Source of the DNA: Lama guanicoe
Lineage: Eukaryota
Reading direction: 5' to 3'
Length of the DNA stretch: 64,000 nt
Assembly (NCBI GenBank): GCA_013239625.1
Contig: MU054693.1
Location: forward strand, 11,430,174 to 11,494,173
A model generated the notes under the pieces. It was not told where the DNA came from. It did no database searches and worked only from the letters and a program-made list of their open reading frames with translations. A program made the position numbers and the translations under genes. How positions within the stretch are numbered: the stretch's first letter is position 1; each line of letters starts with the position of its first letter. Of the stretch, positions 49,699-63,230 are shown piece after piece.

Positions 49699-50265
49699 GT
49701 GATTTATAGAAAATATATATTTGGTCATTCAAAAGACCAAAATATATTTCTCATGTATGTTTGATCTCAACCCACAGTTCCTGGCTCACAGCCCCCCAAA
49801 CCCTTGGAATTTCCTGAGTGATAAGAGCAATGAGAGCATCTTTTGTCATAATAATTGGTCCCTTGTCCTCAGAGCCATAAATGTGTTATGGATGTCTTGT
49901 TATTCATAACAGGCTCCTTTCCACTACAACTAGGCTTATATTAATAAAGGTGACTTTTGGAAAGTACTCAAATATGGGGACTGGTTGCTAGGGGAACCAA
50001 CCAGGAAGAGAGAGTTGGAACTTTGAGTTTCACCCACTTGTATCCAGGGAGGGGAAAAGGATTGGAGATTGAATCAATTGCCAATGACCAATAATTCAAT
50101 CAATTATGCTTATATTATGAAGCTATAAAAACTCAAAGGGATGGTGTTTGGAGAGCTTCTGAGTCGGTGAACACATGGAGATTTGGGGAGAATGGTGTTG
50201 CTTATTAGTGTGAGCAACCCACCTACTCCACCCCTAAACACACACATTGGAATTTGTGACCAGAA
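49699..50265 (+). mobile_element. MER21B/C-like ERVL LTR
   Basis: 'cagttcctggctcacagccccccaaacccttggaatttcctgagtgataagag...ggttgctaggggaaccaacc...ggagagcttctgagtcggtgaacacatggag'. Confidence 0.85.
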
Positions 50266-50769
50266 TCTTAGTTATTTTGCTTCTTATTTGATATGCAATA
50301 CAGATCTGTGAATTAGGCCAGGTAAAATTGGAAATTGAGACCATGAGAGTGTTGGCCATGTTCATACGGATGGCAAGGTGCCTGGTCTTTTGTCTCCAAA
50401 TCCCATGCTCTTCCACATCATCACTCTGCCTCCTACTAATGCATCATTGTGTCAGGAGGACACTGGGAGAGCCAGGATTGGAGAGATGGAAACTTCTGTG
50501 AAGATTTGAAATGAGTTGCCATGTTCTGCCTACACCTGTGTCCTACCTAGGCTCAGGACAAGAGATGAAAGAAAGGAAAAGGAAGAAGAAAGAGGGAGTG
50601 AGAGGAAGAAGGGCTGTGTCATCTTCTAATACTGCAAGAACAGCAAAGGTGGCACTAGAGGACAACTTTCTACCAGATTTATAGCTCCTGAGCTGCCATA
50701 GAGCTGCCTCATACTGCCCCAAACAAATCTACAAATATTTCTCTGAAGCTGGATCCAAGAGAGAGTCAC

Positions 50770-50911
50770 CAGCATAATAAGAAGAGCACTAGGCTGAGCC
50801 CCAATTCTGCCACTTCCTAGCTGGGCAGCATCCCCCTCTCTGAGCCTCAGTTTCCCCACCTGTAAATGAGGATGTTAATAATACATACCTCCCAGGGTTA
50901 TAATGAGGATT
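50770..50911 (+). mobile_element. MIR SINE interrupted by L1 (continues at ~51607-51645)
   Basis: 'ctctctgagcctcagtttccccacctgtaaatgaggatgttaataatacatacctcccagggtt'; resumes 'gaggattaaatg'. Confidence 0.8.
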
Positions 50912-51606
50912 TATTTTTTATTGAAATAATAGTTGATTTACACTATTGTGCTAGTTTGAGGTGTATGGCAAAGTGATTCAGTTACACATCTTTTTTTTCC
51001 AGAATATTTTCCATTATAGGTTACTTTAACACATAAATATAGTTCTGTGTGCTGTATAGTCGGACCTTTTTGTTTATCTTTTTTATGTATAATATTTTGT
51101 ATCTGTTAATCCTATACTGCTAATTTATCCCTCCTGCTCCTCTCTTTTTCCTTTTGGAAACCATTAGTTTGCTTTCTGTGTTTGAGTCTGTTTCTGTTTT
51201 ATATATAGATTATTTGTATTTTTTTAGATTCAGCATTTAAGTGATATGTGATATTTTTCTTTCTCTGTCTGACTTAGTATGATAATCTCTAGGTCCATCT
51301 ATGTTGCTGCAAATGGCATAATTTCACTCTTTTTTTACAGTTGAGTAGTATTCCATTGTAGCTATACACCACAACTCTTTTATCCAGTCATCTGTCGATG
51401 GACATTTAGGTTATTTCCATGCCTTGGCTGTTCTAAATAGTTCTGTTATGAACATTGGAGTGAATGTATCTTTTAGAATTAGAGGTTTTATCATTTCTGA
51501 ATATATGCCCAGGAGTGGATTGCCTAATCATATGGTACTTCTATTTTGAGTTTTTTGAGGAACCTCCATACTGTTTTCCATAGTGGCTATACCAATTTAC
51601 ATTCCC
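50912..51606 (-). mobile_element. 5'-truncated cetartiodactyl-type L1 with a degenerate 13-bp TSD
   Basis: 'ttgaaataatagttgatttacactattgtg...gcaaagtgattcagttac...gaggaacctccatactgttttccatagtggctataccaatttacattccc'; TSD-like tataatgaggatt (50899-50911) / tatggtgaggatt (51607-51619). Confidence 0.92.
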
Positions 51607-51659
51607 TATGGTGAGGATTATTGAGAGGATTAAATGTAGTAATGCCCCGAACACTGTTC

Positions 51660-52030
51660 CCCCAAATAGCTGCATAGTTCCCTGACACATGCCAGGCCTT
51701 TACTCAGATGCCTTCTCTCAGGGAGGCCTTTCCTGTCCATCCCATTTAAAATTGCAGCACACCTCCCTCTGGATCCCTCCCATCCCCCTTCTGGCTTTGC
51801 TTTTCCCCACAGAACATCCATTGCTGGCTAACAATAGATAGCAATGAACAAACCTCCATTTAACATAGTAAATATTCTGCTTATTTATTCGTTGTCTCCA
51901 CCTTTCATAGGAAAGCTAGGATGGCTTGTCTGTTCTGTTTATCACTTTATCTCTAGTTCCTAAAAAGATACCTAGCACAAAATAGGCATGCAGTAGGAAC
52001 CAGCTGAATGAAGGGTAAATGAATAAATAA
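51660..52030 (+). mobile_element. L2a 3' end
   Basis: 'ctcagatgccttctctcagggaggcctttcctg...tgtctgttctgtttatcactttatctctagttccta...cctagcaca...ctgaatgaa'. Confidence 0.8.
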
Positions 52031-53639
52031 GTAAGTGAAAATACTTTATTTTCTGACTTTACATTTCCAGAATTGTGTTACGCTCTTGGAGTTTTCAGTA
52101 AGCCAAGTTTGTCTCTTAATATGTGGTACATGAATACTGTCACACACAAAAGAAATAATCACTACAAGAATATAAAATAAAAATACGCAAATAATTACAG
52201 CCAAAAGAAGGGGCCTCCTTCAACATCCTTATCCTCTTTCTTCCCCACAGTGAACCACTGTTCACTCTTTCAAATCTATCCTATTCCATCACAGGCTTAG
52301 AAGTGTTTAGATATAGTAATAAATATGAGTGCAGACATTTTTTGTGGTACTTAACTACATTCCAAACATGGTTCTAAACACTTATATACATTAACTCTCT
52401 ATCTCCAAAACAGCGCTGTAAGATGGGAGCTATTTTAACCCCAGTGTATAGATACAAAAGCTGAGGCAGAGTTGCTATTTCTTTAATGTATAAGTGGGAT
52501 CATACTAGATCTATGAGCTCGCAGTGTGCTTATTTCACTTAAAATATGCTGTAGTTAGGTATACCTTGATGTGTAAACTCAGACTCCATCTGTTCCTTCC
52601 ATAGCTGTTTCAAATTAGCAGAGGGCTTTAATGTCATTCCATTTACTGGTTTTTAATCTTGTCCTCAGTCTCCTCCCTCTTGGGAGCTGAACTGAGTGCC
52701 CTTAAAATGCCTTTCTCTAATGGCCCATGGTTTTGCTCTGCCAGCATCTCCCTAACTCCTCACAGTCTCTGTGGTTCCCTCTGAGATGTGGTACAGGGTG
52801 GTATCTCCTGTTCCCCAACCCCGAGGTCAATTATGAGTTATCACAAGCCTCCTTTGAGTTTCCTATTGCAACACCATTTGATTCCTTGCTCCCTTGCACC
52901 AAGAAATGAATCACTTCCCACTAAGTGAGGATGTTAGAAACCGGGGCAGAGGGGAGGATAATGTCAAACATTCTTTAAAATCAACAGACATCCAAGGAAG
53001 TCAGGCAGGGGAAGCAATTGTGGCTATTTTTGCTAATTTGCTGACATTTTAAAACCAATTATTCAACTTCTTTAAGTCTCCGGTTTCTTATATATTAAAT
53101 GACAGTGGCTCCCACTTTACTGCCTTGTGTGTCTGAAGTCTAATATTTTGGGAGAATCTACATAATCATAATGAGTTATAACCATCCCTCACGCTTACAG
53201 AGTGATTTACAACTCACCAAGCACTTGTTGAAGAGGGTTATTTCCTAGACTCATAAAATTTCAAAGGTGAACCTTACAGATGAACGTATCCAGTGGTTTC
53301 CCAACTCTACTGCACACTTCAGAACAAGAANNNNNNNNNNNNNNNNNNNNNNNNNNNNNNNNNNNNNNNNNNNNNNNNNNNNNNNNNNNNNNNNNNNNNN
53401 NNNNNNNNNNNNNNNNNNNNNNNNNNNNNNNNNNNNNNNNNNNNNNNNNNNNNNNNNNNNNNNNNNNNNNNNNNNNNNNNNNNNNNNNNNNNNNTGTAAC
53501 TTATTAGATGTAACCTCTTGAAACTTTGGGGGTCTATAGGAAAAAGAAAAAGTTATGGAAGGAAAGCTTAATGGTGCAGTGATGAAGGATTTGGATCACA
53601 GAGGTGTCCACATTTTATAGGCGAGGAAAGTAGAGCCCA

Positions 53640-54150
53640 AAGATGCAAGTTGTACCCTAAAACTACTCTTCTTGTTCACCACTGCTGTCTTGGATTATGC
53701 CTCCTTTGTCCTCTGTTGGAATTATGCACTAATGTCTGAGCTTCTCCTAGTCTCTACTGTCCCCTTCCGCCTACCCTTTGAACTGCAACCAAACTGACCT
53801 TTTTGTGTGGATCTCTCCTCCCCACTGATGGGTTGGCATTCTCTGATGTCTCCCTAATTGCTGCTAGGATGAAGGCACACTCTTCTATTGGCACCCAAGG
53901 CTCTTCATGATCTGGCCTCTCCATCCCTTGAGATTCACCTTGAGCTTGAGCCATGCTTAATGATTTTGGGTCCCTGGATGTACCAGGCCTTCTCACTGTC
54001 TCTCTAAGTCTTTGAACAAACTGTCCCCTCGGCAGAATGCCCTTCCTTCACCTGCTTACCTATCAACTTAACTCATAATTTACATTTCAGCTTCATCACA
54101 CCTCCTCCAGGAAGCCTTCACTGCCTGCTGCTCCTTCACACCAGAATGAA
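53640..54150 (+). mobile_element. L2 LINE fragment
   Basis: 'ggcacccaaggctcttcatgatctggcc...ctttgaacaaactgtcccctcggcagaatgcccttcc...cacctcctccaggaagccttc'. Confidence 0.75.
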
Positions 54151-55887
54151 TTGAGTGCCTGTTCTGGGCATTTAAACACCCCATGCTTCCATCCACTTCT
54201 GTTACTGGGTCCCCCTCTCCTGGGTGGACAGAGGATTGTTAAATGAACATGACTTCCCCAAGATCTCATGGCAGAGGCAAGAGGCAAAATACTAAGTCTT
54301 CTTTTGGCTCCAGGGCTCTGTGTGTTGCAGAATACTGAAGTGTTTTGAAAATCTCAAGGCTTGGCTTTCCCCTCCATGGATCCCACATTTTGAGGGAAAA
54401 CAAAACAAAACAACAACAACAAAAAACCCCCTGTCCAACATGGAGTTTATTAAGGGATAATTTTAGGACTACCAGAGAGGAAGAAGCTGCGCCCTCGGGA
54501 AACTTAGCAATTGGATTCTATCCTCCAGACTGGAAACATTAGGAGATCTGTAAGGGCATGAGCCCAGAGTAGAAGCACCTTTAGGCAGAAGCACATAAAG
54601 CGGCTCTGCCACAAATGCTGCGCAGGGGCAAGCAAGGTCAGAGCGACCCCGTGACCCGTGAGAGAGAACCCAGGTGAGGATCGGGAGGCCTGGTCCCATT
54701 ACGTCAGGCTCACTCAAAGGGCATTTTCCTCTGGCCTCTCTGCTTTCTGAGACCCGTCAAGTACAATGCCAGGCAGGGAGACCAGCATCTTACTGTCACC
54801 TGCTTACACGTACAGAGCTGCTACCTACCAAGTCCTTGGCCCTTAAGAACATGGACCCACTGTAGAACCTTCAGGCGCTGGTCTCCAGCTGCTGCTTTAA
54901 GAGACAAAAAACAAAACAAAACAAATAAACAAAGAACAGTAACAAGTAGGAGGATTCCCCCCCCCCCAGCTTATACTCAGGAGACCCAGTGCTTGCAATA
55001 AATAGAATCACTATACTTAACTCACAGTACATTACATCTGCATTATGAGGACCTATAACAACCTCAGGCAATTGACAAGCCAGGGATATTTGTAATGTTG
55101 TCTCTTTTTTTAAATGAGATAAACAAAGCTAAAAGGTGTTTAATGACTTTCCTGAGATCTGATGAAAGTATGGAAGGTCTCTGTGTACTAACAGATCCAT
55201 CAGTCTGAAAATGTCAAGCTTTACCTCAGCCATGCTGTGTAATATTATGCAAGTTACTTAACCCCTCTGACTTAACCTATTCACTTTCCTCATCTCTGAA
55301 AGAGGGATAAAATGATCACTTTCCCGTGGTTACTGTGAGATGAAATGAATCAATGTGCCTAGTACTATACATGGTCACACTTGATGCCTAGAGCGTCAGG
55401 ACCCCAGTCTTCTAACTCCAGATTCTGACTCTCCTTTCTGATCGTTCTGCCTCAAACATGCTCTAAGACTCTGGGTAAATTATTTAGTCTTCTGGGCTAC
55501 AATTTTTCCATCTATAAAGGAGGCTCTAGTGACCTTATACAACCTCTCTGCATCTCAGTTCCCTCCACTCTAAATTAGGAGGCGTAATTACAGTTTCTTC
55601 CTTATAGGGTTATTCTTAGGAGTAAAGGAGATAATGCTTGGAAAGCATTTAAGACAGTGCTTGGCACATAGCCAACACTAAAAATAAATTAACTCACATC
55701 ACTGTGGTTGTTGCTAATGTTAACATTATTAGTCCTTCCCATTATAAAATGGGATATATACCCTCTTACTCAGTAAAGTGATCAAAACTCAGTTCTATTT
55801 GGATCAAAGGGAGATAATAAAATTTCTGTACCTTTACTACTAAAGCCTTTCCCCCCACACATCCTTTTTCTTATTGCAGCTGACTTC

Positions 55888-56230
55888 AGAGAATCATAGA
55901 CTCTCAGGCCTAGAAAGGTTTTCAGAGGCCACCCACTTGACCTGTTCTGCAATTTTTAATTTCTTTCTACAATATATCCACCAAGTGGCATATACTTAAA
56001 TACCTCTGCTGTTGGGGACCTCACCACCTCGTATGGTAGCTCATTCTGTACACAGTTCCGTGTGGTAAGAGCTCTTACATTAAAGCCAATATGCAAGTCA
56101 CAATAGCTTCTTCCTTTTGTCTCATGTCTACCCTTCAGCTCTAGCTAGATCTACAGAAGTCACCAAGAATTTGCAGGAGCCAAGCTTCAACAACATTTTT
56201 CTCCAGACTGTAACAAACTTGAATCGTATT
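55888..56230 (-). mobile_element. L3/CR1 LINE 3' fragment
   Basis: 'agagaatcatagactctcaggcctagaaagg...cttaaatacctctgctgttggggacctcaccacctc'. Confidence 0.6.
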
Positions 56231-57714
56231 TGTTGGTCATTTTTTTCCTTCCTCCTTCCGAAAAAAAATCTTAAGCACATTTCACCACTCGAAAGATTTT
56301 TTTTTTTCTCCCCGTCTGCTGGTTCCCACTGGGATGAAAAGCAATAAAAAGTCAGAAAGAAGTATAGGTTTGCCTTCTGGCTTTGTCACTTAGACGAATA
56401 GCACCGTAAAAAACGGTGAATGCTATCGGTTAAAGCGAACTCTCTCCTCTCGCTCTTACGTTTCACTGAGTTCTGATGCAAGGGGTTTGGACAGGAAAGC
56501 CTTTTTCTGGAGATGGATACGTTGGTGAGTTAAAGATTTTGCATTAAAAACAGATTCTGGTTATAATATCTTCCTGACAGTTGCATTTTGCTACTCTGTT
56601 CTGTGAGTCACATTAATAAATCTCAGGGGGCACATCAGTTGAATAGGGGCTATCTTGGAACCATGTGAGATGTCTGCCAATCAAAGCACAATCAAAAGAA
56701 GCAGTTCCAAGCCAGTCCCTGCAATTATCAAGGGGTCTGTCTGCATTCTTTCTCCTTCCCCATCCCCATCAGCGCTCCCTTCTCCTCTTTTTAATATTCT
56801 TTGTATTTCCAGTCAGCTTCCTGATCTGGCACTGGCTTCAGGAAGTCACATGAATAGATGACATGAAATGATCTTGTAATATTTCACACTTTCCAGTGAA
56901 AAATATGCTGGTTGGAAACGTTAATATTTAATCACAGATAAAGTGTCTGAAAAGTTGCAGGAGAATTTTCCATTAAGATTTGGAGATACTTGGAAAATAT
57001 ACTCACTTTGTTAGAAAAACCTTATCAGGCAAGTAGACATATATGGTGCTAGAAAAAAGATGCTGGGACAGCAGCCATGGGGCTAAATCTCTTGCCCTGC
57101 TGTGGGTTAAATGTGAATTGTGAGTCCAGAGTAAACGCAAAGCAAAGAAAGTGCTCCTTGATCCACTGCATGTCTCTGACCAGCTCAAGAAGATTAGGGA
57201 ATAAAATGTAGTCCCTGGGCCTTGGGTCTGGGCAGGAGGGGCCAAGGCTGGTTGTCAAGGATGACTTTGAACTCTTCTCCTGTGAGAATGGACACAACCA
57301 TAAGCCATAAGCTAAAAGTTACCTTTGTGTTGCAATATATGTCATAATGTATCTTCTCATTTATTGTCTCATTGGACAAACCATCGTGAATGATACAAAT
57401 CCCCTTTTATGGAGGATAGGGGGTTCAGAGTCTTGAAGCTGTCCAGAGTTACAGAGTATATATGTGGTTGGGTTTTGAATGTAGGTCTTTCTGACTCCAA
57501 ACCCAGTACTCTTCACTAAAGTACATTTTCTTCCATCAGGAAAAAGAGAATCAGGTCTTCTGTGGGTGATGATAGTGATGATGATGACAAAGATGATGCT
57601 GGTAAATTAATACTTAAATTATCTTCATCTTTCTTGTCCTACTAAATGTCAAGCCCTATGTTAGGTACTTTCTGTGAAACCTCTCATTTAATCCTTATAA
57701 CAGCCATAAAATGC

Positions 57715-57728
57715 ATTACTACTACTAC

Positions 57729-57757
<29 letters not shown>
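57715..57757. repeat. (TAC)n(TAT)n microsatellite inside a minus-strand MIR (~57640-57870)
   Basis: attactactactactattattattattattattattattatt followed by 'cattttacagatgaacaaccaggctcagagaag'. Confidence 0.9.
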
Positions 57758-57759
<2 letters not shown>

Positions 57760-58763
57760 TCATTTTACAGATGAACAACCAGGCTCAGAGAAGTAAAATG
57801 ACTAGCCAAATATCATATAGGGGATTATTCAAACCTCGCTCTAGACAGATTTAAAATTCCTGCCCTGTTACTAAACAATGGAAAAAGGAAAAGAGTGGGA
57901 AGTGAGTGAAGAGGAAGATTTAGAGTTGGGATATGTGGAGTTCTGAGGAAGCCAGGAAGGCTGATCTATGTAGATAATCCTTTCAGAACTTCATTCACTT
58001 GGAGGTGCTCATAAGACAACTGGACTAACAGGGGCCTGGAGCTGAGGAAAGACACTGGAGACACACCTGCAGAGCCAGTCATGTCCTAGGCACACACTGA
58101 GCACCTAGTGCATGCAATTGCAATAGGCACAGGGGCAATTTGGATGGGGATCCTTATAAAAGCCCTAAACTATTTAGAGATTTTCTAAAATCATTCTGTA
58201 GCCTTGGGGAATACCTTTATCAGCAGAGTACAGGAGGCTGGGTTACAATGCACAGAGTCACAGTGGGAAGTGAGGAAGGACAGGTACCAGCAAGCTATGG
58301 AGAAGTGTGTAGTCACAGAGCACATTGGCAAAAGGGCTTCAAGGATTATCAAGGTCAAGGGACTTCCCCCTACTTCTTTTAAGATAAGAATTGAACCCTT
58401 TCATGGGCTACAGAAGGATTCAGTGAAGAGGGAGAGATCAAAGATATAGGAGAGAGAAGAAATAATCAATAGTGTGATCAAAGGCAATGTTGGAGGATTG
58501 CACTTCAGAAAGAAGGGTCACCTTCCTCTAAGACTCCAGGCGTAATGAAGATTTGAGTCAGTGAATAAATCATATCAGATTTCTGAAGTGGGAAAATCTC
58601 AGGGTATGAACAAGGCAGACTTAGGTTTGAATTCTGATTCTGTCACTTTCTAACTCTCTGGTCTTGAATAAATCAATTAACCTCTCTGGGCCTCAGTTTC
58701 TGCATCTGTGAAAAAGATGCAAAACAGAGATGTCATCACCCAGCTTACTGGAATGTTCCAAAG

Positions 58764-59337
58764 CAGAGATTCCCAAACTTGCTTGATTCACAGGTACTAT
58801 TCTTAGTATCTCAGTAGTTTTTCATAGGGTCCCTGGGCCAAAAGAAATACCCAACAGTTCCATTTACTGAGTATGTATTTGATAAGTTCAAGCAATTTAA
58901 TAATTATGTATATCCTACACTTTTTACACATAATTTGAAAGAAAGATAACATCATCATTTTGTTCTTAAATAAATGCAATCACCTACATACTCCTGGAAG
59001 GTGAGGGACTGTGGACACTGTACAATTCCTCAAAACTGGGATCAGATTGAATACCAAAATCCCCATTTCCTGTTCCACGTTGATCCTTGCATGTTACTAT
59101 TTTTTTTAATTACATCAACTCACTAAAACCCAGCATCACCTGCACAGGATGGCACTGAAAGGACTGCAGTGTGATCTAATGCTGAGATGGTGAACTCCCT
59201 CACTGTGGTAGTTCCAGGGTATTCAGCAGGTGTTAAATATCACTGAGTTTCTCTCTCAAGTGTTAAATATCTCTTCAAGCCCCTTTTAAGTTTTCTGTGG
59301 CCCACCCTGGGCAACTTGGCACAATTTGAGAACCATC
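58764..59337. mobile_element. MER119-like hAT-Charlie element (near full length) inserted in a MIR
   Basis: TIR-like ends cagagattcccaaact / aatttgagaaccatc; internal 'gggccaaaagaaatacccaacagttccatttact'. Confidence 0.7.
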
Positions 59338-59429
59338 ATTCTGACAATTAAATGAAATACTATATGTACCATGTGCATTATATACAATTTCTTATCCATT
59401 ACAAATTGGACGGACCATCCAATCCATCC

Positions 59430-60295
59430 AATTCACTTGAAAAGGTGAATCATCCCATTAGAAAAAGGCAAAGGATTTGATGGGCAAATATCAGAAGAGA
59501 AAATCCTAATGCTAATAATACAAGCCTAAACTAGGGTGAGGCTCCCCTAGTTGTTAGAGAAACACAAATCAAAACAACAATGAAATAACATTTTTGTCCA
59601 ACCAATGCATGAAGACTAAAGATTGATTCCAGTTAGTAGCCGACAAGGGGATAGGAAAATAAAAACTGTCTCCTATTGCCAGTGAGAATAGAAATCCCTG
59701 TGGCATTTTCAGAAATGAAGCTAGAAGGATCTCATAAAACTTGAAAACTGTATACCTTTACCGCAGCAATCCCTCCTGTAGGAATCCAGCATACAGACAT
59801 AAAAGTACCAGCATACATGAATAGACAGTCCAGGATCCTTATTAGATAATTGTTTATCGTAACGTAAAACAGTCTGGAAACAACCTTAATGTCCATCAAT
59901 AGCAGAATAATTCTTCTGCATCTAGCCTATGGAGAGTTGTTTAGTTATTAAAAGAATGAGTTTGATCTATGGGTATTGACAAAAAGGAATGTCTGTGATA
60001 TATTGTTAGTGAAAAAGGCAAATATGGAGTAAATGAGCATAGTAGGATATGTTTTTGTTTTTTAGTAAAGAAATAGAATAAACCGAAGACTATATTTATA
60101 TAAGCATATGGAAAAGCCAGATAGGACAAAAGCTCTCATATTTAATTGTTGATACTTATTACAGTATGGGGGAGGGGTGGGAGGCTGTGTACATAGAAGG
60201 GAAGATTACTGGTTTTGTCTGTCTGTGTTCATATCAGGGTAGTTTGGCAGGTATTCATCCATCCACCAGTATTTACTGCCCTTCATAATTTGAAC
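59430..60295 (+). mobile_element. Ancient L1ME/L1MC 3' region
   Basis: 'cacaaatcaaaacaacaatgaaataacatttt...cagcaatccctcctgtaggaatc...ggaaacaaccttaatgtccatcaatag...atattgttagtgaaaaaggc'. Confidence 0.8.
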
Positions 60296-62301
60296 AGAAA
60301 ACCAAATGAAGTACCACCCCCTCCCCCCCAAAATACATTCAGTATACCTAACACCGTGCCTAGCACGTAAGAGGGGTTTTTATATGTCCGTGTCCTGTCT
60401 CTCGGTTTTCTCTGTATGTCTCTCCATCACTCTGTTGCATTTCTCTCTACCTAGGTATACACCCATCTCTCATTTCCTCCCTACTCTCTCTCCTGCTTTT
60501 GAGCCAGATGATGGGGACAAGGAGGAAGACCGAACTCCTGCCCTTGAAATGCTTACAATCTGCTTGGCTGAAGATTAACGCATTTTCAGAGAAAGAGAGA
60601 GAAAGGAAGTTGAGGGAGATGGCAGATGGACTCAATTTCAGTAAAGAACAGGGTAAGTCATCTACTTAGGAAAGGAGGGAGCTGAGGACTTACAGGGGAT
60701 GAAAGCAACCGGGCCTGCAATGCAGAGTCAAGGGGAGATAAATGGAGGGATTATGGCTCAGCCATCCCCCTGAGTGGTTTCAAGATTCATCTTTCTGAAG
60801 GCAGGAGTCTGGCTCAGGCAGCTCAGAAAGCCTCTTCGAGATCTGATTCCTTCATTTCTCAGGTCTGTATCTAAGACATACGGACAGACGGACCCCTTCC
60901 CCTACCTAATATAAATCTTTGCTATTTTAGCTGTGCTCAGAGGCCAGCTGTCCTTACCCATTCCCTCCCTGCCCTGCCTTTCCAATAAAGAGAAACAGCA
61001 GACTCTAACTAGCTGTACCATCCCACAGCCTGACCCTCCTTCCCCACCCCTCACTCCATACAACATCCTCTTTTTGGCCGCCAGCAGACCAACATTCCTG
61101 GGCCAGTTCTGCCCGTGTCTCCCTAGACGATGGTCCTCACAAGGACAGAAGAAGGGTCAGATGGCAGAGCCACTGGGCTGGTATCCCACAAGCTGTGTCC
61201 TAGTTTTCCAGGATAAGCTGTCAGGAGTTGCCTCAATGCAGTCCCCTCTTCCCTCTCCCCAAATCCCTTTTCTGAGCCTGAAGGAATGGATTTGCCAGCC
61301 TCAGGAGAAGCCTCTTGCCCGGGGAAAGCCAGGCCTGAGAAGCTGCCATCAGACCCCATTGTCTATGTCCTGGGACCACAGCCAAGGCTTGGGCATCTTG
61401 GCTGGGGATGTGGAAGGACCCTGTTCTGATCCCATCTGTTCGGAGTGGGAGAAAGACGCCAGGGCTCCTCCCCCTTCCCTCTGCCCTCAAACCCCAGGCT
61501 CTGTGGATGAGTGGCTTTTCAGAGATGAAAAACCGGAGCCCTGTCAAACACGTCTTCTTGCTTGACAAAGATAGAATCTAAATATAGAAAGTTACAGCCG
61601 AACTCCACGGCAGAGTGAGCAGCCCCATCTGGCACACGGCTTCGGGGGTTTCCTCCCTTGCCGTGGCATCTAGCCCAGGGTCCAGGACACACTAGAGGGT
61701 CAGCAAATGTTTTGTTGAACTGACCTTCTGAATCCTGCTCAACACCCCTCCCCTACCAGCAAAGAGCTGCTGTACAAACATCCCCCTGAGACCCACTGAA
61801 GCTGCACTGGACCCCTGACTTCCCACCTCCACATAGCCTTGGCCCTTCTCCTATTGAGAACATCCTTACAAAAAGCCACTGTCTTCAAAGAAACTTTCCT
61901 GAAATGGGGGTGGGTGATTAATGCATACATTTTGCTTTTCCATGTGCCTGGCACTGTATATCCGCTACCTTATCCAATCCTCACAATATCAAGGATGTAA
62001 TTACTCCCATTTTATAGATATGAACATTGAGGCTAAGAGGTTAACTGACTCACAAAAGGCCTTGCTGAAAGCACAAGTCTATTTCCCTACTCCAGAGAAC
62101 ACCATGGGCAAAGGGGGATTCATGCTGCTAGACCTCCTTGGCGGCCGTGGTTTCCCCCGGATTATTCACCTCAGTAGCTCCAGAACCCTATTCGGTTTAC
62201 CTAAGAATCATAGGCTCATACCTTTGGAGCCAAAAACGAATTTCAAGACAGCACAAAGCCCAGTCTCCTGTTTTCAAGAAGATAACATGGTACTCAGATG
62301 G

Positions 62302-62763
62302 TATATTGGATTCCTGCCATAACAGATCATACATATACTTGGTAGCTTAAAACAACAAAAATTTATTATCTCACAGGTCTAGAGACTAGAGGTCTGAAAT
62401 CAAGTTGTTGGCAAGGCCATACTCCATCCAAAGGCTCTAGAAAAGAAGCTTTCCTTGCCTCTTCCTAGCTTCTGGTCGTTCCCAGCAATCCTTGGAATTC
62501 CATGGCTTGTAGCTCACTCCAATGTCTGCCTCTGTCTTCACATGGCTGTCTTTCCTCTTTGTGTGTCAATGTCTTTGTGTCTGAATCTTCCTCTCCTTTC
62601 TCTTATTTATAAAGACACCAGTCATTGGATTTAAGTTCTCCCCTAATCCTGCATGACGTCATTTTAACCAGATTTTATTTGCAAAGACCCTATTTCCAAA
62701 TAAAGTCACATTCTGAGACTGGATGGACGTGAACTTTGGGGGAGCACTGTTCAACCCAGCACG
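62302..62763 (-). mobile_element. MLT1B-like MaLR solo LTR with a 5-bp TSD
   Basis: 'gcttaaaacaacaaaaatttattatctcacag...gcaaagaccctatttccaaataaagtcacattctgag...ctgttcaaccc'; TSD gatgg at 62297-62301 and 62764-62768. Confidence 0.9.
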
Positions 62764-62768
62764 GATGG

Positions 62769-63000
62769 TATAGCATGGTGCCTAGAAGGGTGAACTCAGG
62801 AGTCAGGTTGCCTGGGACTTTAATCCCAGATCTGCCACTTGCTCATTCTGTGACCTAGAGAAACTCTTCACCTCCCTGAATCTCAGTGTCCTCATCTGTA
62901 AAATAAGAAAAATAGGCTGGTTGGAAGAAGCCACAAAGATAATCCATGCACAGAGTTTACCCCAATGCCTGGCACACAGTAAGTGCTCAGACATTAGCTC
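62769..63000 (+). mobile_element. MIR SINE
   Basis: 'ggagtcaggttgcctggg...tctgccacttgctcattctgtgacc...tctcagtgtcctcatctgtaaaataag...tgcctggcacacagtaagtgctca'. Confidence 0.85.
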
Positions 63001-63230
63001 TGCTCCCTGCATTTTGGTAGTTAGGGGTGCATGTTCTGTAGTCAGGGTGCTGGGGTGAAATCCTGGATCTATCATTTTCAATTGTGGAAGGATGGACAAG
63101 TTACTTAAAATCCCCGAGCCTTAGTTTCCTCATGTATAGAACAGAGATAATACTTGTAGCTATTTCATGAGTTAGACTGAGCTGCACATGAAGTTACTCA
63201 GATAAGGTATTTAAGAATATCTTGCGTGTA

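Noticed and set aside
60538-60570. Resemblance to L2-derived microRNAs (miR-708/miR-28 type, 'gcttacaatctg')
   Set aside because: Only a short L2-type motif; no complementary arm to form a pre-miRNA hairpin.
60933-61565. Longest ORF (210 aa, plus strand)
   Set aside because: Non-ATG (GTG) start, Pro/Ser/Leu-rich composition typical of chance ORFs in GC-richer DNA, and no recognisable domain or exon structure.
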